Positions 24,566 through 37,038 of a stretch of 64,000 bases of DNA are shown here, in pieces (the first letter of the stretch is position 1; each line of letters begins with the position of its first letter). This DNA comes from Felis catus. Its lineage: Eukaryota. Made by a program: the position numbers and the translations under genes. The notes under the pieces were generated by a model, which worked only from the letters and a program-made list of their open reading frames with translations, did not search any database and was not told where the DNA came from. The stretch is from NCBI RefSeq assembly GCF_018350175.1, contig NC_058368.1, forward strand, positions 124,684,001 through 124,748,000, read 5' to 3'.

Positions 24566-27500
24566 AATTATGGATTACAGCAAAAGAGCTATTAGAATCC
24601 TAAAAACAATGGCACCAGCTGCATAAACAATAACCCTATCCAGAAACTCCCATTTTCTAAATCCCCTAAAAAACAGCACATGAGAAAGGCAGGTCTGCTT
24701 TCCTTCAAAGGCAAGGATTTATTACAGACATTTGTGTCATCCTGGTGCCAAGAGCACAATAAGTGCTCAAAAAATGTTGAAAAAACAGAATTGCTATTGC
24801 TATGTGGCTCCACAGTCAGATTAAAGAAAAGGAAACCAAAGGGGCTAATGTGGCTACTGCTAATAGGAAAACTGGGCTCAAGAACCATACATCTTAATGG
24901 TCCCAATTCATCAACTTCTCTTCTTATGTAATCATGCAAATATGTCAGTAGTAATAGTTTACCATATACCAACCATAAGAGATTCCTCCTCTCCTTTCTC
25001 ACCACCACAAGACTTCTTGTGTGGAGCTTTGATTGTTGCTTGAATTTCAGGAAGACTGTAAAATCACAGTAGTTAGCCTAGAGAAAATGTTTGACAAAGC
25101 TATGGAACCATGAATTATGGAATCATTGGAAGCCAACTGCAAAGGTATGAAGTGTGAGTAGGAAGGGTATTCAGTGTCAGAGTCTAGATGGTATAGGATC
25201 TAGCAAAAGGCTTGAGACACACACCAAATGGTGGGGCACTGATTTCTGAAGAAGATAATGATAAGTGGAGTTGTAGTTAATATACTTCCACTTTTGATCC
25301 TTGGGCAAATAGCTTAAATCTTTTCATCTATATTTTCTAAATCTGCAAAATGCACATACCACCTTTCTCAATATACCACAAACAAAACAACAGCAAACAT
25401 ACTTAGAGGCCATTAAAAAAGAGGGGGTGAGGGTTAAAAAAAAGATCATGTAGGTTGATACTGAAATTGACAAGGAGGAAGGGTAAGTTACTGACCTGGA
25501 GAAATAGTACTGTGAAACAGTTCTCCATGTAACTGTGAAACATATACCTGTAATTAGGGGATTGAGCTCTGAACAAAGTGCTCCTTATAATAAATGTTCC
25601 CACACTACTACCGCCAAAGAGAAACCCAGTTACTTGTGTGAACAGATCAACCTTGAACCCCTTTTTCTCTGCCCTGCCATCTTAGCACTAAAATTGATGA
25701 CAGTGTCTGAGAAGAACTCTCAAAGTGCAGAAAACTGGGACATTGGTAATAAAACACTTGGCCCACATAGGCCCCTGACTGTCCTTACACAAAACAGCTT
25801 TTACTTTTCTCCTCTACCACTGTCCACAGAACAGAGTATTGGGAAACTGCTTTAAAAGAGGGAAATTATTAAAAAAGGGGGGATTATCTTGAAACCAAAC
25901 ACATTCATTTAGACTTGAACAAAGATGATCATAGGGTTGGGGGATGAAGAAAAAACAGTTTAAGAGAAGGGAAAGGAAAAGAGAAATAAATTCAGACCTC
26001 CAAAGTTTCAATCAAATGTATTTACAGAAAAGTTCTCACATCCTCACCTCTATGGAGGCCAAGACAACCAAATGTGCTGAATCCAAGCTCTGCCTTCTAG
26101 AATATGATCATATAGGCAGGCCCTACTTGACTAGCTCCTGAATCCAGCCTTCCACACCCAAACCCAATCATCTCACCTTAAATGACAGAATTCCAGGACT
26201 ATTTGAAATGGCTTCAGACCTTGTTTTATAGGTGAGGACAGAGGTGAGCGGTTAAATGACTTGCCCAAGGTCTCAGAGCTAGTGAGTTAGAGCTGAGATC
26301 TTCCAATACCTTCTACCTACTCCTACAGACAAAATTCAGTGGACAATATTTTATTTTATTTTTGTCTGCTGAGGGATCTGGCTTCATCTTCAAAAGAAAT
26401 TTCTCCAATAACCAAGTTATCAAACCCAGAAAGGGATTTGCCATTATTTTTCATATCTGTATACCAAAAATATCTCTGTTACAGCACCTAACAGAATACC
26501 TTAAAATTCATCCCAGGAATAGATTGTATAACCAAATAAAACCTATTCAGAAACGGACACGTGTGCAAATAGCAGATCCCTTCTATCTGCCTTCTCTCCT
26601 CTCTTTATCACCAGCCCTCGGGCTCTGGGAGACTGCCACACTCAGTCATAAGACTAAGGATGTGTTTAGACTTTGTGTTGACAGATATGTAGAAAAGCAC
26701 TAGTTTCATCTAGTGTTTTTGCACTGCGTTTGTTGTGACAACTAACACACATGAGTGCACATGTGCATGCGCACACATGCGCGCACACACACACACACAC
26801 TTCAAACAAGAAATGAATATAAAGCAGCTAAAACCAGACAAGTTCTAGATCACTAGGGCTTGAGATTCAAACCTAAGATTGTATTCCTCAGGCTACATTG
26901 GCCTGAGGCCTCAAGCTCCTCTCCTACACTCTGCCCCTCAACTCTTTTGGATACTTCCCAGATATGGCCCACTTGCCCCAATAGATCCAGGCTTTAGACC
27001 CTCCTGTACCAGGTGATCAATGCCTCTTCCTCATCCCTCTCCTGAAGGTTTCTGTGGATGTAAATCTGGAAGGCCTTTCTTCTACAACACCACATTCCTA
27101 CTCTGGTAATTTGGCCTGTCTGAAACATGGCAATTTCTAGTGCTCAATGAGTTCCATTACCTATGGGTCTAAGCTTGCATTTCTACTTCTCTACTTTGAG
27201 CCTTTCTATAAGGCATCAGCTCCATTTCCTAGCCAGAAGTAGAATCTCACCCTCTCCCAATTCAAAACTCCATAGAGCCTCTGGATCACCCACAGAATCC
27301 TGTTTCATTTCTTATGTACCTCTCCAGATTATTCATTTGAAGAGGAGAGGTGACAGGTTTTGTTAACTGATCCTCATTCTCACTGGTGGCCTAGTCATCA
27401 TCTCCTACACTTTTGAATGTTTCAGAGTCATTGTTTGTGTTCCCCTGTAGCACTTCTCTAAGGGAAGGATATGGGTGAAGTAGTTTATTTGGCTGTTGAT

Positions 27501-28677
27501 CCCAAGAAAGCATACAGAGGGAATGTGAAACAGGGAAGGGAGGAAACCCAATAAAGAGAGTGTTAAGAAACTGTAGGTACTCCCCAAAAGCCAAAGAAAT
27601 CTTGAGAAAAAGGAGCTAAGCTAGAAGAATCATGCTCCCTGATTTTAAACTATATTACAAAGCTACAGTAATCAAAATGGTATGGTATTGACACAAAAAC
27701 AGACATACAGATCAATGGAACAGAACAGAGAGCCCAGAAAAAAACAAACAAAAAAAACATGTATACATGGTCAATTTATGACAAAGGAACCAAGAATATA
27801 CAATGAGGAAAGGTGTCTCCTCAATAAATGGTGGTGCGAAAATTGGAAAGCAACATGCAAAAGAATGAAACTGAATAACTATCTTATACCATAAATATAC
27901 ATGAACTCAAAATGGATTAAAGACTTGAACATAAGACTGAAACCATAAAACGCCTATTAGAAAATATAGGCAGTAAGTCCCTTTATATCTTGGTGATTTT
28001 TTGGATCTAACACCAGAAGCAAAAGCAACAAAAGTAAAAATAAACAAGTGAAATGACATCAAACTAAAACACTACTATACAACAAAGGAACAATCAACAA
28101 GATAAAAAGGCACCTTCCTGAATGGAAGAAAAATATGCAAATCACTCTTCTGATAAGGAGTTAATACCTAAAATATATAAAGAACTCCTATAACTCAATA
28201 GCAAAAATAAATCTGATAAAAAATTGTGCAGAATATATGGATGGACATTTTTCCAAAGAAGAAGGCAGATGGCCAACAGGTACATGAAAAATGGTCATCA
28301 TCACTAATCAGGGAAATGCAAATCAAAACCACAATGAAATGCCACCTCACACATGTTAGAATGGCTATTCTCAAAAAGAGAAGACATAAATGTTGGCAAG
28401 GATGTGGAGAAAATGGAACCCTCAGTGCACTGTTGGTGGAAATGTAAATTAGTGCAGCCATTATGGAAAACAGTACAGAGTTTCCTTTAAAAAAATAAAA
28501 ACTGAACTACTATACAATCTAGCAGTTCCATTTCTAGATACTTAAGCCAAAAAAAAAAGTAAACACCAACTCAAAAATATATATGTACTTCTATGTTCGC
28601 TGCAGCATTATTTATAATATCTAAGATATGGAAACAATTTAAGTGTCCACAGATGGATGAGTGGATAAAGAAACATG

Positions 28678-28680
<3 letters not shown>

Positions 28681-28726
<46 letters not shown>
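28681..28726. repeat. (TA)23 microsatellite
   Basis: Perfect TA run. Confidence 0.98.
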
Positions 28727-28729
<3 letters not shown>

Positions 28730-29132
28730 TGGAATATTATTTGGCCCTAAAAAAGAATGAAATCTTGCCATTTGCATTTACATGGATAGTCCTTAAGAGT
28801 ACTATGCTAAGTGAGGTAAATCAGACAGAGAAAAACAAAAACTATATGATTTCACTTATTTGTGTGATCTAAAACTAAAACAAAATTCCAAGCTCACACA
28901 TAAAGGGAACAGATTGGTGATTGTCACTGGCAGGAGGTCAGTGGGTAGGCAAAATGAGTGAAGGGAGTCAAATACAAACTTCCAATTATAAAATAAATAA
29001 GTCATGGGGAGGTAATGTATAGCACAGCAATTATACTTACTACTATATTGCATATGGGAAAGTTGCTAAGAGAATAAATCTTAAAAGTTCTAATCACAGA
29101 AAAAAGTTCTGTAACTATGTATGGTGATGGAT

Positions 29133-29281
29133 TTTTTTTTACATGAAATTTATTGTCAAATCGGTTTCCATAAAACACCCATTGCTCATCCCAACAGGTG
29201 CTCTCCTCAATACCCATCACTCACCCTCCTCTCCCTCCCACCCCCCATCAACCCTCAGTCTGTTCTCAGTTTTTAAGAGTC
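29133..29281 (-). mobile_element. Felid L1 3'-end fragment nested antisense in the older L1
   Basis: polyT plus atgaaatttattgtcaaa...gctcatcccaacaggtgc; perfect TSD tatggtgatggat (29120-29132 / 29282-29294). Confidence 0.93.
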
Positions 29282-29482
29282 TATGGTGATGGATGTTAAC
29301 TAGACTTATTATGGTGATCATTTCACAATATATACAGACATCACATCATTATGTTGTATACCTCAAACAAATATAATGTTGTATGTCCGTTATGTACCAA
29401 TTAAAAGAGAAAAAAAAAAAAAGAAGCTGCAGGGGACTAGAACTTACCGCTATAGGAACCCTCTAAGAAACTGTGTAGAACA

Positions 29483-29713
29483 GGGGCGCCTGGGTGGCGC
29501 AGTCGGTTAAGCGTCCGACTTCAGCCAGGTCACGATCTCGCAGTCCGTGAGTTCGAGCCCCACGTCAGGCTCTGGGCTGATGGCTCGGAGCCTGGAGCCT
29601 GTTTCCGATTCTGTGTCTCCCTCTCTCTCTGCCCCTCCCCCGTTCATGCTCTGTCTCTCTCTGTCCCAAAAATAAATAAAAACGTTGGGAAAAAAAATTA
29701 AAAAAAAAAAAAA
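29483..29713 (+). mobile_element. Young felid Can-SINE
   Basis: CpG-rich ggggcgcctgggtggcgcagtcggttaagcgtccgac head; perfect 18-bp TSD aagaaactgtgtagaaca. Confidence 0.98.
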
Positions 29714-29994
29714 AAGAAACTGTGTAGAACAGAGTAAGGCCAAAGAGGCTGAGTTATTTGTCCAGCCAAGCCTGTCCCTCCTTGGCCAAAAAGTTGCTCC
29801 TCAGATAATAACTCTCTGGCACTTGAAGTCTAACCTGTGTGCTTCCAAGCTCATGTGCATGGCCAGAGAATGCTCTCAGAAGCAAGAGGGTGTCAGTTTA
29901 TATCTACAGTTGAACCCTGAATGAGGCACCTTTTGCAAAGGTGGTGGCTGCTTATCACTCAGAGTCCACCCACCCCAGTGTAATCTTTCTGATT

Positions 29995-30260
29995 TCAATC
30001 TAATTTAACATGTATTGAATGCTTACAATATATAACATACTAGACTAAACTCAGGTAAATAAAAACACATACAAGACATAGTTCTTCCCCATGTAGAACT
30101 TGAGATCTGATATAGAAGACAACCATAAATAAAAGTCACAACAGAATAAAGCAGAATATACTAAGCACTGTATTAGAGGCACATGACATGAGAGCTGGAG
30201 GAAGATGAGATTAATTTTGACTAAAAGGAAAAGGCTAGCAAAGAAGTTTTCCAAAGCCAA
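29995..30260 (-). mobile_element. L2 fragment
   Basis: atttaacatgtattgaatgcttac...aagacatagttcttcccc. Confidence 0.55.
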
Positions 30261-31789
30261 AATATTTTAAGCATATGTTAAATCAACAAACATCTAATTC
30301 TCACCAAAAGCAGAAGAAGAAACATTCTTTCACACAGCTTTAAAGCCAGAAAACAGCAAGAAAATTAGGACCACTTTATCTCAACTCATAGAGGGAAATA
30401 AGTCACATATTTCAGTATCCCCCATTCTTCCAGATGTAACATTTGAAATCAAATCAGAAGAGCAATGTTTAATTGTTAATTTTTAGTCTGTTCTCAAATG
30501 AGTTATTAACAGTCTTTGTGAGACTCCCAAACTCAACCAGTGTGCTCTTCTCCTGTTTCCTGGGCAACAAGCAGTTACTTTCCATGTCCCTGCTTTTGAT
30601 GGACAACTTTGGAATGAGGCTAAACGAAATTCAGCAGTTTTCCAAACCCAGGTGAAGAAAGTGGATGACTTCAGCATGAAAGACAAGGGCTCTGGAGAAG
30701 AGGTAGGGGTGGGGAGTGGAAGACAGATGGATGAGTCAGCCCACATTCATGGAAAGCCGGGATTTTATTGGGAGAATCTCAAGCTTTCATTTTGTGGTTA
30801 TGGTGAGCTTAATTCCCAGCTTCTAATTAAATGTATAAACTGTCATCATGATGGTATTTCACAATTCCTTAGACCTGGAAGGGGTTCTATGAACAACTTT
30901 TAAATGGAAAGAAGGGGAGAACTGTGGAGAAGGAATAGGAGAAGTGAGCATCTTGGGCCTGAGAAAGCTGCCAGCTGATTTGGTTCCAGGGATTTCACAG
31001 CCTAGTTCCAATACTGGAGGACTACAGACAGAAAAGAATGGAAATGGAGGGGCAGGGTAGGGCCTTCTTGTTCTTTTTGCCCACGTCCTGCTTCCCTGAC
31101 TCTTCTGGCACCCGGCTCCAAACTACAGATTTGGACATGCAGCTGGAGGTTTGGGGACAGAGCTAAAAGCAGCAACTATACCTCCAAGTCACAACTCAAG
31201 TTCTAAGTGACATGCCCTTGCCACTAGCCCAGAACGGAGATGCCAGTGGACAACAGGTAGGATAGAGTTGTGTGGGTCTATGGGAAAATGGCAGACTTAA
31301 ACCGCCATCACTTACTGTTACTCCTTCAGCTATCAGCTGCGAACATTCAGAGGGATACTTGAGCTTCTCTCCTTTGATCCCCTGCAGAGTGACTTAATAG
31401 CATTATCATGTCCAAACCAGCCACAACCAAGCACTCTACTGCCAAAAGGAGATTTTGCCAAATACCATCATGTATTGTCCAGGGGTGCTGAGGTCCTGGG
31501 AAGGAATGTATGTATTCTGGAGGGAAAAAGAAGGCCATATATGGGAAATCCAAGTCAGAAAGAAATGTGGGGTCTTGAGCACTTCCCCAAGGTTGTTGTG
31601 TGACTTAAATGCCCACTGTTATTAACAACCACAACAGAATCACCTACACTGGAGACAAGTTCTAGGACATCGGAGCTTGATTCCCAAAACAGAAAAGTTC
31701 TAGATTACTGAAATTTATGATCCAAGCCTGACCCGTCTCCTTTTCTGCACTTACAAAACATTTTGTGGTAAAGAGTAGGAATGACAACA

Positions 31790-32027
31790 ATAATATGTAT
31801 GATTTTTGAGGACCTCTAATGTGCCAGCTTCTTCGAAGTCATTACCTGGGATCACAACAGACTCTGAAAAGTAAATATTACCATCCTCTATCTTACAGGT
31901 GGGCTCAAGAGATCAAGAATAATGAATTTGCCCCAAACCACACAGCTAATAAATAGTAGAGCCAGCTCTGAAGCAAGTTCTGACTGACTGCAAAGCCTGT
32001 GCTCTTCCTGCTCCAACACACCAGCTC
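31790..32027 (-). mobile_element. MIR SINE
   Basis: aatttgccccaaaccacacagctaataaatagtagagcc...ctgactgcaaagcctgtgctctt. Confidence 0.75.
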
Positions 32028-32284
32028 TTCCCTGACTTGGAGCACACACTACCAGATATTTGGACATTTATGTCTGAGAAGAAGAGCCAAGGCTAGTTGT
32101 CAGGCAGACTGGCATCTCTTTCCATAGTCTGCAATGGGAATTTGGGCCCTCAGACCTCAGTATTCTCATCTCTAAATAGGAAATAAAATATGACTTCTTA
32201 CCTCATATGTTAAAAGGTTTAAAGAATTTACTCTTTTATAAAATACTTAGCCTAATATTTAAGCCGTACTTAATAAATGTCATT

Positions 32285-32707
32285 TGATGGGGTTTTTGGA
32301 GCCCTGGTGGGATCTGGAGCCAACAGCCAAGAAAGAATTCTTGAGATGTCATCGGCACGAAAAAGGTGATTTTATTAAAGTGCAGGGACAGGACCTATGG
32401 GCAGAAAGACCTGCCTGGAACCCATGAGAAGAGACTGGTTATATAATAGAGAGTTGAGAGAGGTAAAGTCAAGGGGAAGTTTCCAAAGGGATTTTCATAT
32501 ACTCAAGAAGACTCACAGGATACTGGAAGCCTAGTTATTGTCAGGGTAATGTTGTTTTCCTTTCTAGCAGGGCATTAACATTAAGACAGTAGGGAGTTCT
32601 GGAGAAATGTTCTACTCTGCCTGCCTCAAATATTTGTCAATGGGCTGCAGCTTATAAGAAAATTTAATTTTATCTGCTATTTCCTTCTGCCTTTGTTTCC
32701 CACATCA
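32285..32707 (-). mobile_element. Carnivore ERV solo LTR, copy 1
   Basis: tgatg...catca inverted termini; minus-strand TATA-like (32439-32445) and AATAAA (32371-32376); TSD tcatt/tcagt. Confidence 0.85.
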
Positions 32708-33108
32708 TCAGTAATTATTGTTTTTAGGTCTAGACTCAGAGGACCCCCAAGAGCACTTTTACTTATTTTCAACTTGGATGCACAAAATGAGATTAATTAT
32801 AATCTTTGGTTTATGGTACATTAAAACCATTAATCCATGCACGGCCCTCTTCATTAATTAAGGTATTTATTTTATACTAAATACCCACAAAGCTACTACT
32901 CAACATGAGAACTATACCATTCACAATAACATACATTTTATATATACAAAGAATTTCATATTTATACAATATGTATCCTTACAGACACCCCATACCATCT
33001 TCTAAACATAATAGCATATTGAAAGTATTTGACGTTCACTGAATAGATGAAAGAATCAATACATGCAATATTTCTTCACTTATCTTTTGTACAAGGTAAC
33101 CAAATATT

Positions 33109-33114
33109 TTAATT

Positions 33115-33149
<35 letters not shown>

Positions 33150-33496
33150 CTTACTTACTTACTTATTTACTTATTTATTTATTTTTAAGTAGGCTCCACG
33201 CCAAACATGGGGCTCAAACTCGTGACCCTGGGATTAAGAGTTGTGTTCTCCAGGCACCTGGGTAGCTCAGTCGGTTGAGCATCTGACTCTGGCTCAGGTC
33301 ATGATCTCACAGTTTGTGGGTTCGAGCCCTGTGTCAGGGTCAATGCTGACAGTTCAGATCCTGGAGCCTGCTTGGGATTCTGTATCTCCCTCTCTCTCTC
33401 TGCCCCTCCCTTGCTCACACTCTGTATCTCTCTCTCTTAAAAATAAACATAAAAAGAGAGTTGTGTTCTCTACCAATTGAGCCACATAGCCGCCCC
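33109..33496 (-). mobile_element. Short antisense Can-SINE with (ATTT)n tail, interrupted by a sense SINE
   Basis: aagtaggctccacgcc...ggggctcaaactcgtgaccctgggattaagag...tgagccacatagccgcccc. Confidence 0.88.
33251..33456 (+). mobile_element. Can-SINE nested in the antisense SINE
   Basis: Perfect TSD agagttgtgttctc (33237-33250 / 33457-33470). Confidence 0.96.
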
Positions 33497-33536
<40 letters not shown>

Positions 33537-33551
33537 GTGACCAAGTATTAA

Positions 33552-33967
33552 TGATGAGGTTTTGGGGTGATAGTGGGGTTCGTGGGGTCCGGAGCCAAGA
33601 AAGAATTCTTGAAGACATCTTTGGTGCAAAAAGGTGATTTTATTAAAGCATGAGGACAGAATCCATGGCCAGGAAGAGCTGCCCAGGAGCTGAAGAGACA
33701 CTGGTTATATAGTATGGAGTTGTGGGAGGTAAAGTCCAGGGGAAGTTTCCATTGAGATTTTCGTATGCTAAAGAAGACTCACAGGATACTGGAGGCCTAG
33801 CTATTATCAAGCTAAGGTTGTTTTTCCCTCTGGCAAAGCATGAGGTAAGACAGGAGGGAGTTCCTGGAGAAAAGTTTCACTCTGCCTGCCTCAAGTATTT
33901 GCCAATGGGCGCAGGTTATAAGGAAATTTAATTCTGCCATTTCCTTCTGCCTTTGTTTCCCACATCA
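33552..33967 (-). mobile_element. Carnivore ERV solo LTR, copy 2
   Basis: Colinear with 32285-32707 (agccaagaaagaattcttga, gaagactcacaggatactgga, ccttctgcctttgtttcccacatca); TSD attaa/gttaa. Confidence 0.85.
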
Positions 33968-34189
33968 GTTAAGACAGAAATCTTTCAGTCTCATTTGGGC
34001 TGAGCAACCAGACAATTGACACCACACTTCAAAAGAGGTGTGAGACTACAATACCTGGTTTGCAAAGGCATTATCTACAAACCACCTTTTAAAAAGCATT
34101 AGCCTTCCCCCCAAAATAAAAATAAAAATAAATAAAAGTATTAGCCCCTTACCACATTAAGAGCACACTCTACCAAATTAAAAGGTGAA

Positions 34190-35150
34190 TTGGGCATTTC
34201 AGAGAGGAGGGTTTTTGGAGGGAACTACAGGTGTGCCATTCCTGCCCCAAGGAGGAGAGGTTGTGGTTGCTTCTCCCTTACCTGAAGTCAAGTTAAGGGG
34301 GTATAAACTGTCCACTCTAAGAGACTGATATACATGGCCTGAATATAGAAGCCACAGTGGACTGGTATTTCTTCTGGTTGAGATATGTAAAAGGGGAGTA
34401 CTAAGGTGGCTACTATCACAATAGAATAAAAGAGGGATGGCTACATCATGACCAGATAATGCTTGCAGACAGATTAGAAGAAGCCTGAGTATTTCCAGGG
34501 GGTCAGGTGTCAGCCACATAGGACATGTGGCCCGAGATTATTTTACATCTTAAACAAGAGGACCGTCTGGTAGGACAAAATGATGCCATAGGAAGGTGGG
34601 TCACCAGAGTCCCAAGGAGAGAAACTCTAAGCTACCAGCAAGAGAACTGCATGAGCCATCATCAGCATGTGTAGACTATCCCTGCAAAACTCAAAACGAT
34701 CCCTCCAAAGGAGCTTGCTTTAACCACCCACAGGTTCTGATACACCTGGCAATATTAGTTAAGTAAGAACTTTGCTACTTCCTTCCCTCTTCTCCTTCCC
34801 CTTGCTTCAACACAGAAGGAGCCAGAGGCAGTCTAGAGAGTAGATGAGACAGGATGAGAAACCTAAGGCAGCACCGCAAAGAAGCCAGGTGTCCCCCTTC
34901 TCCACTGTATGTCTCAGTTTGGAGTGGGGTGGCAGTGATAAGGAAAAATTTTAACTTTGAAGTAAATATATATTTTTCATTATTACATTGAACTAGGCAT
35001 GACCATTATTAAACTCAGACTGATTTTCTAACTAGGAGTGACCACAGTACTTGTATGAGAGGGTCCAGCCTCCAGAATGGGCTTGAAGAAACAGTAGGAA
35101 AAAATGAAATTAGCTATGTTCTGTGTAAACTCTGTGAGTCTCACTTGCTG
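34190..35150 (+). mobile_element. Possible ancient Gypsy-like LTR relic (MamGypLTR/LTR85-like)
   Basis: 3' part (agactgattttctaactaggagtgaccac...) loosely resembles recalled consensus. Confidence 0.3.
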
Positions 35151-35695
35151 AGAGGAAATGGTAATAGTTGTAGGGGTTCAACTGAGATTCTTTAAGACAT
35201 ATCCTGAGGTCATCAAAAATTCTCAGATCTAGAAACAGACCAGGAGCCCTCTTTTGGATCTCTCCCTCTCCATCTATAGTCTCCATCCAGGTCAATCAAG
35301 GGTTTGAATTGTTCACAGAAAATGTTGGAAGATCCTCTAGTTTTTCCTCATTGTGGTCAGTTCTGAGATACTCATTAGCCACTGAAAACAAGTGGCTATC
35401 CTGCTTCCATGCCAAGGCTGGAAGCCTTGATGAAAGCAAGTAGCCATTTCCCTTAGTGGTCTTACCACTCTCTGAGCTGCCAGGAATCACCAGAGCACAG
35501 GTCCTCCTACTTCGGAGATGCTTCCCAAATTGTGTTGCCTTTATGGTTTGAGGAAACTTTTACCTACTTTCTTGCTTCCAAGCACACTTGCCTATTCTTC
35601 CCCTTCCAGAACTCTCTCACTGATGTCCACTCCATGAGCTCTTAGGGACAAACATACCCTCTTCTCCCAGGTTCTGCACTTGGAGGAATAAGGTG

Positions 35696-36144
35696 TGTAA
35701 CAAATTCTGCTCTGCTCTACCCAGATCTATGTGCTCCTCCTCAGCTCTGCATGCTACACTCCTAAATGCCCTCATTCGCACTCTTCTCAAGAGGCCTACT
35801 TTGAGCTGTCAGTGTCACATAGACTGGAGCAGCCAGAGCCAGAATTGGCTGAGCAGGTTTACATTCCCACCACACATGGCTAATGACTACATGGTACAAG
35901 AGGGTGAAGGCCTAGCTCTCTTGCCCCAAACTAGGACAAACCGTAGTATAATTTACACTTCAGGGCTCCTCTAGGGATCAGCCTAAGGATGGGACCTAAC
36001 CTGAAGTCCTAGATTTGCTTTTTTTCCCCTCCCTGTCCCGCCTCCTGCCCTTCTTTCCTGGTTTCTCCTCAGAACATTTTATTACTAAACCATTTGCACT
36101 TCAATCCACTTCTCAGGATCTACTTCAACAACTGACATAAGACA
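35696..36144 (+). mobile_element. ERVL solo LTR, LTR16-like
   Basis: tgtaa...taagaca ends; ggctaatgact, ataatttacacttcagggctcc; TSD aggtg/agggg. Confidence 0.75.
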
Positions 36145-37038
36145 AGGGGCTAGACCCACTCAGTTTAATCAGATTGACACACCCACTAACTTAATACTGC
36201 AAACAAACTGATCTCCAAACAGTGCTGGAAGAGGACAAAAACGTAGGTCCCAGGTAGGAGTAGGTTGGTGAGCTGGAGCACCATTTTACCTGCAAGCATC
36301 CCCAACCTCAAACAGCAAACCTCTTAAGAAGTCAGAATGACTTCTTCACAAGGCCTAAACTCAAAGACGTTAGTCACAAACAAATATTTATCCGAATTTG
36401 TTTTGACTCTACCTCTTTGTTTTTAATTCTGTTTGATTGCCAATCTTTCCTTTAATACCTGAGGAGATTGAGTAAACATTTCACTTAAAAGCATTTTATT
36501 GGTGAATTCAAAGTTAAGAGACCATACAGATAAAGTTCAAGATGAGCCTAAAATGGAACTCACAGTGAAATTCAAAACCTGTTTCTTTATATGGAATGGT
36601 GCAAAGCTAAATTGATTGAACTGGATGTTAGAGTAATCCTCAACAGAAAAATCAATAGATGAACACAGTGTACCCACTTAAATAACATTAACCCACTGTA
36701 CCCACTTAAAGAACATTAAAGAACATAGGTCTTTTTAAAGACCTATGAAGCAAAGCAAAGGGGTCCTAAAACAAAGGGGAAAGGGCAGCTTCTTAGAAAT
36801 CTAGAAGTGGAGGGCTCTGATTCCTAGGTAGGCCTCACCAATTTGAATGCACCTGCTACTTCCTGATGCCCCACTTAAAGAACAGTGATGAGTCAAAAAG
36901 ACTTCAACAGGCCCCTCCTTGACCATCTGGGACAAGTCAGCCATGACTATCTTCTGACTTTGCAGAAGGGCAATGCGACCCTCACCACCCCAAGCAACTT
37001 TGTAAGAAGAAGAATATCAATTAGAGAAATTGATGACC

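Larger units (their letters stand above)
27578..29420 (+). mobile_element. 5'-truncated L1 (L1MA9/carnivore type): ORF2 C-terminus, 3'UTR and polyA
   Basis: ORF2-like translations (MQIKTTMKCHLTHVRMAILKK; KKNEILPFAFTW); TSD aagaaactgtagg / aagaagctgcagg. Confidence 0.93.
27425..29930 (-). mobile_element. LTR33-like ERVL solo LTR split by an L1 and a SINE
   Basis: aagtagtttatttggctgttgatcccaagaaagca...cagggaagggaggaaacccaataaagag on the left; LTR-like sequence continues after 29433. Confidence 0.65.

Noticed and set aside
32285..33967. Deleted provirus bounded by two LTRs
   Set aside because: Each LTR has its own TSD, the outer flanks differ and no internal ERV sequence is evident
36669..36884. 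CRISPR-like repeat-spacer array
   Set aside because: Only 2-3 irregularly spaced partial repeats in mammalian DNA, with no cas genes
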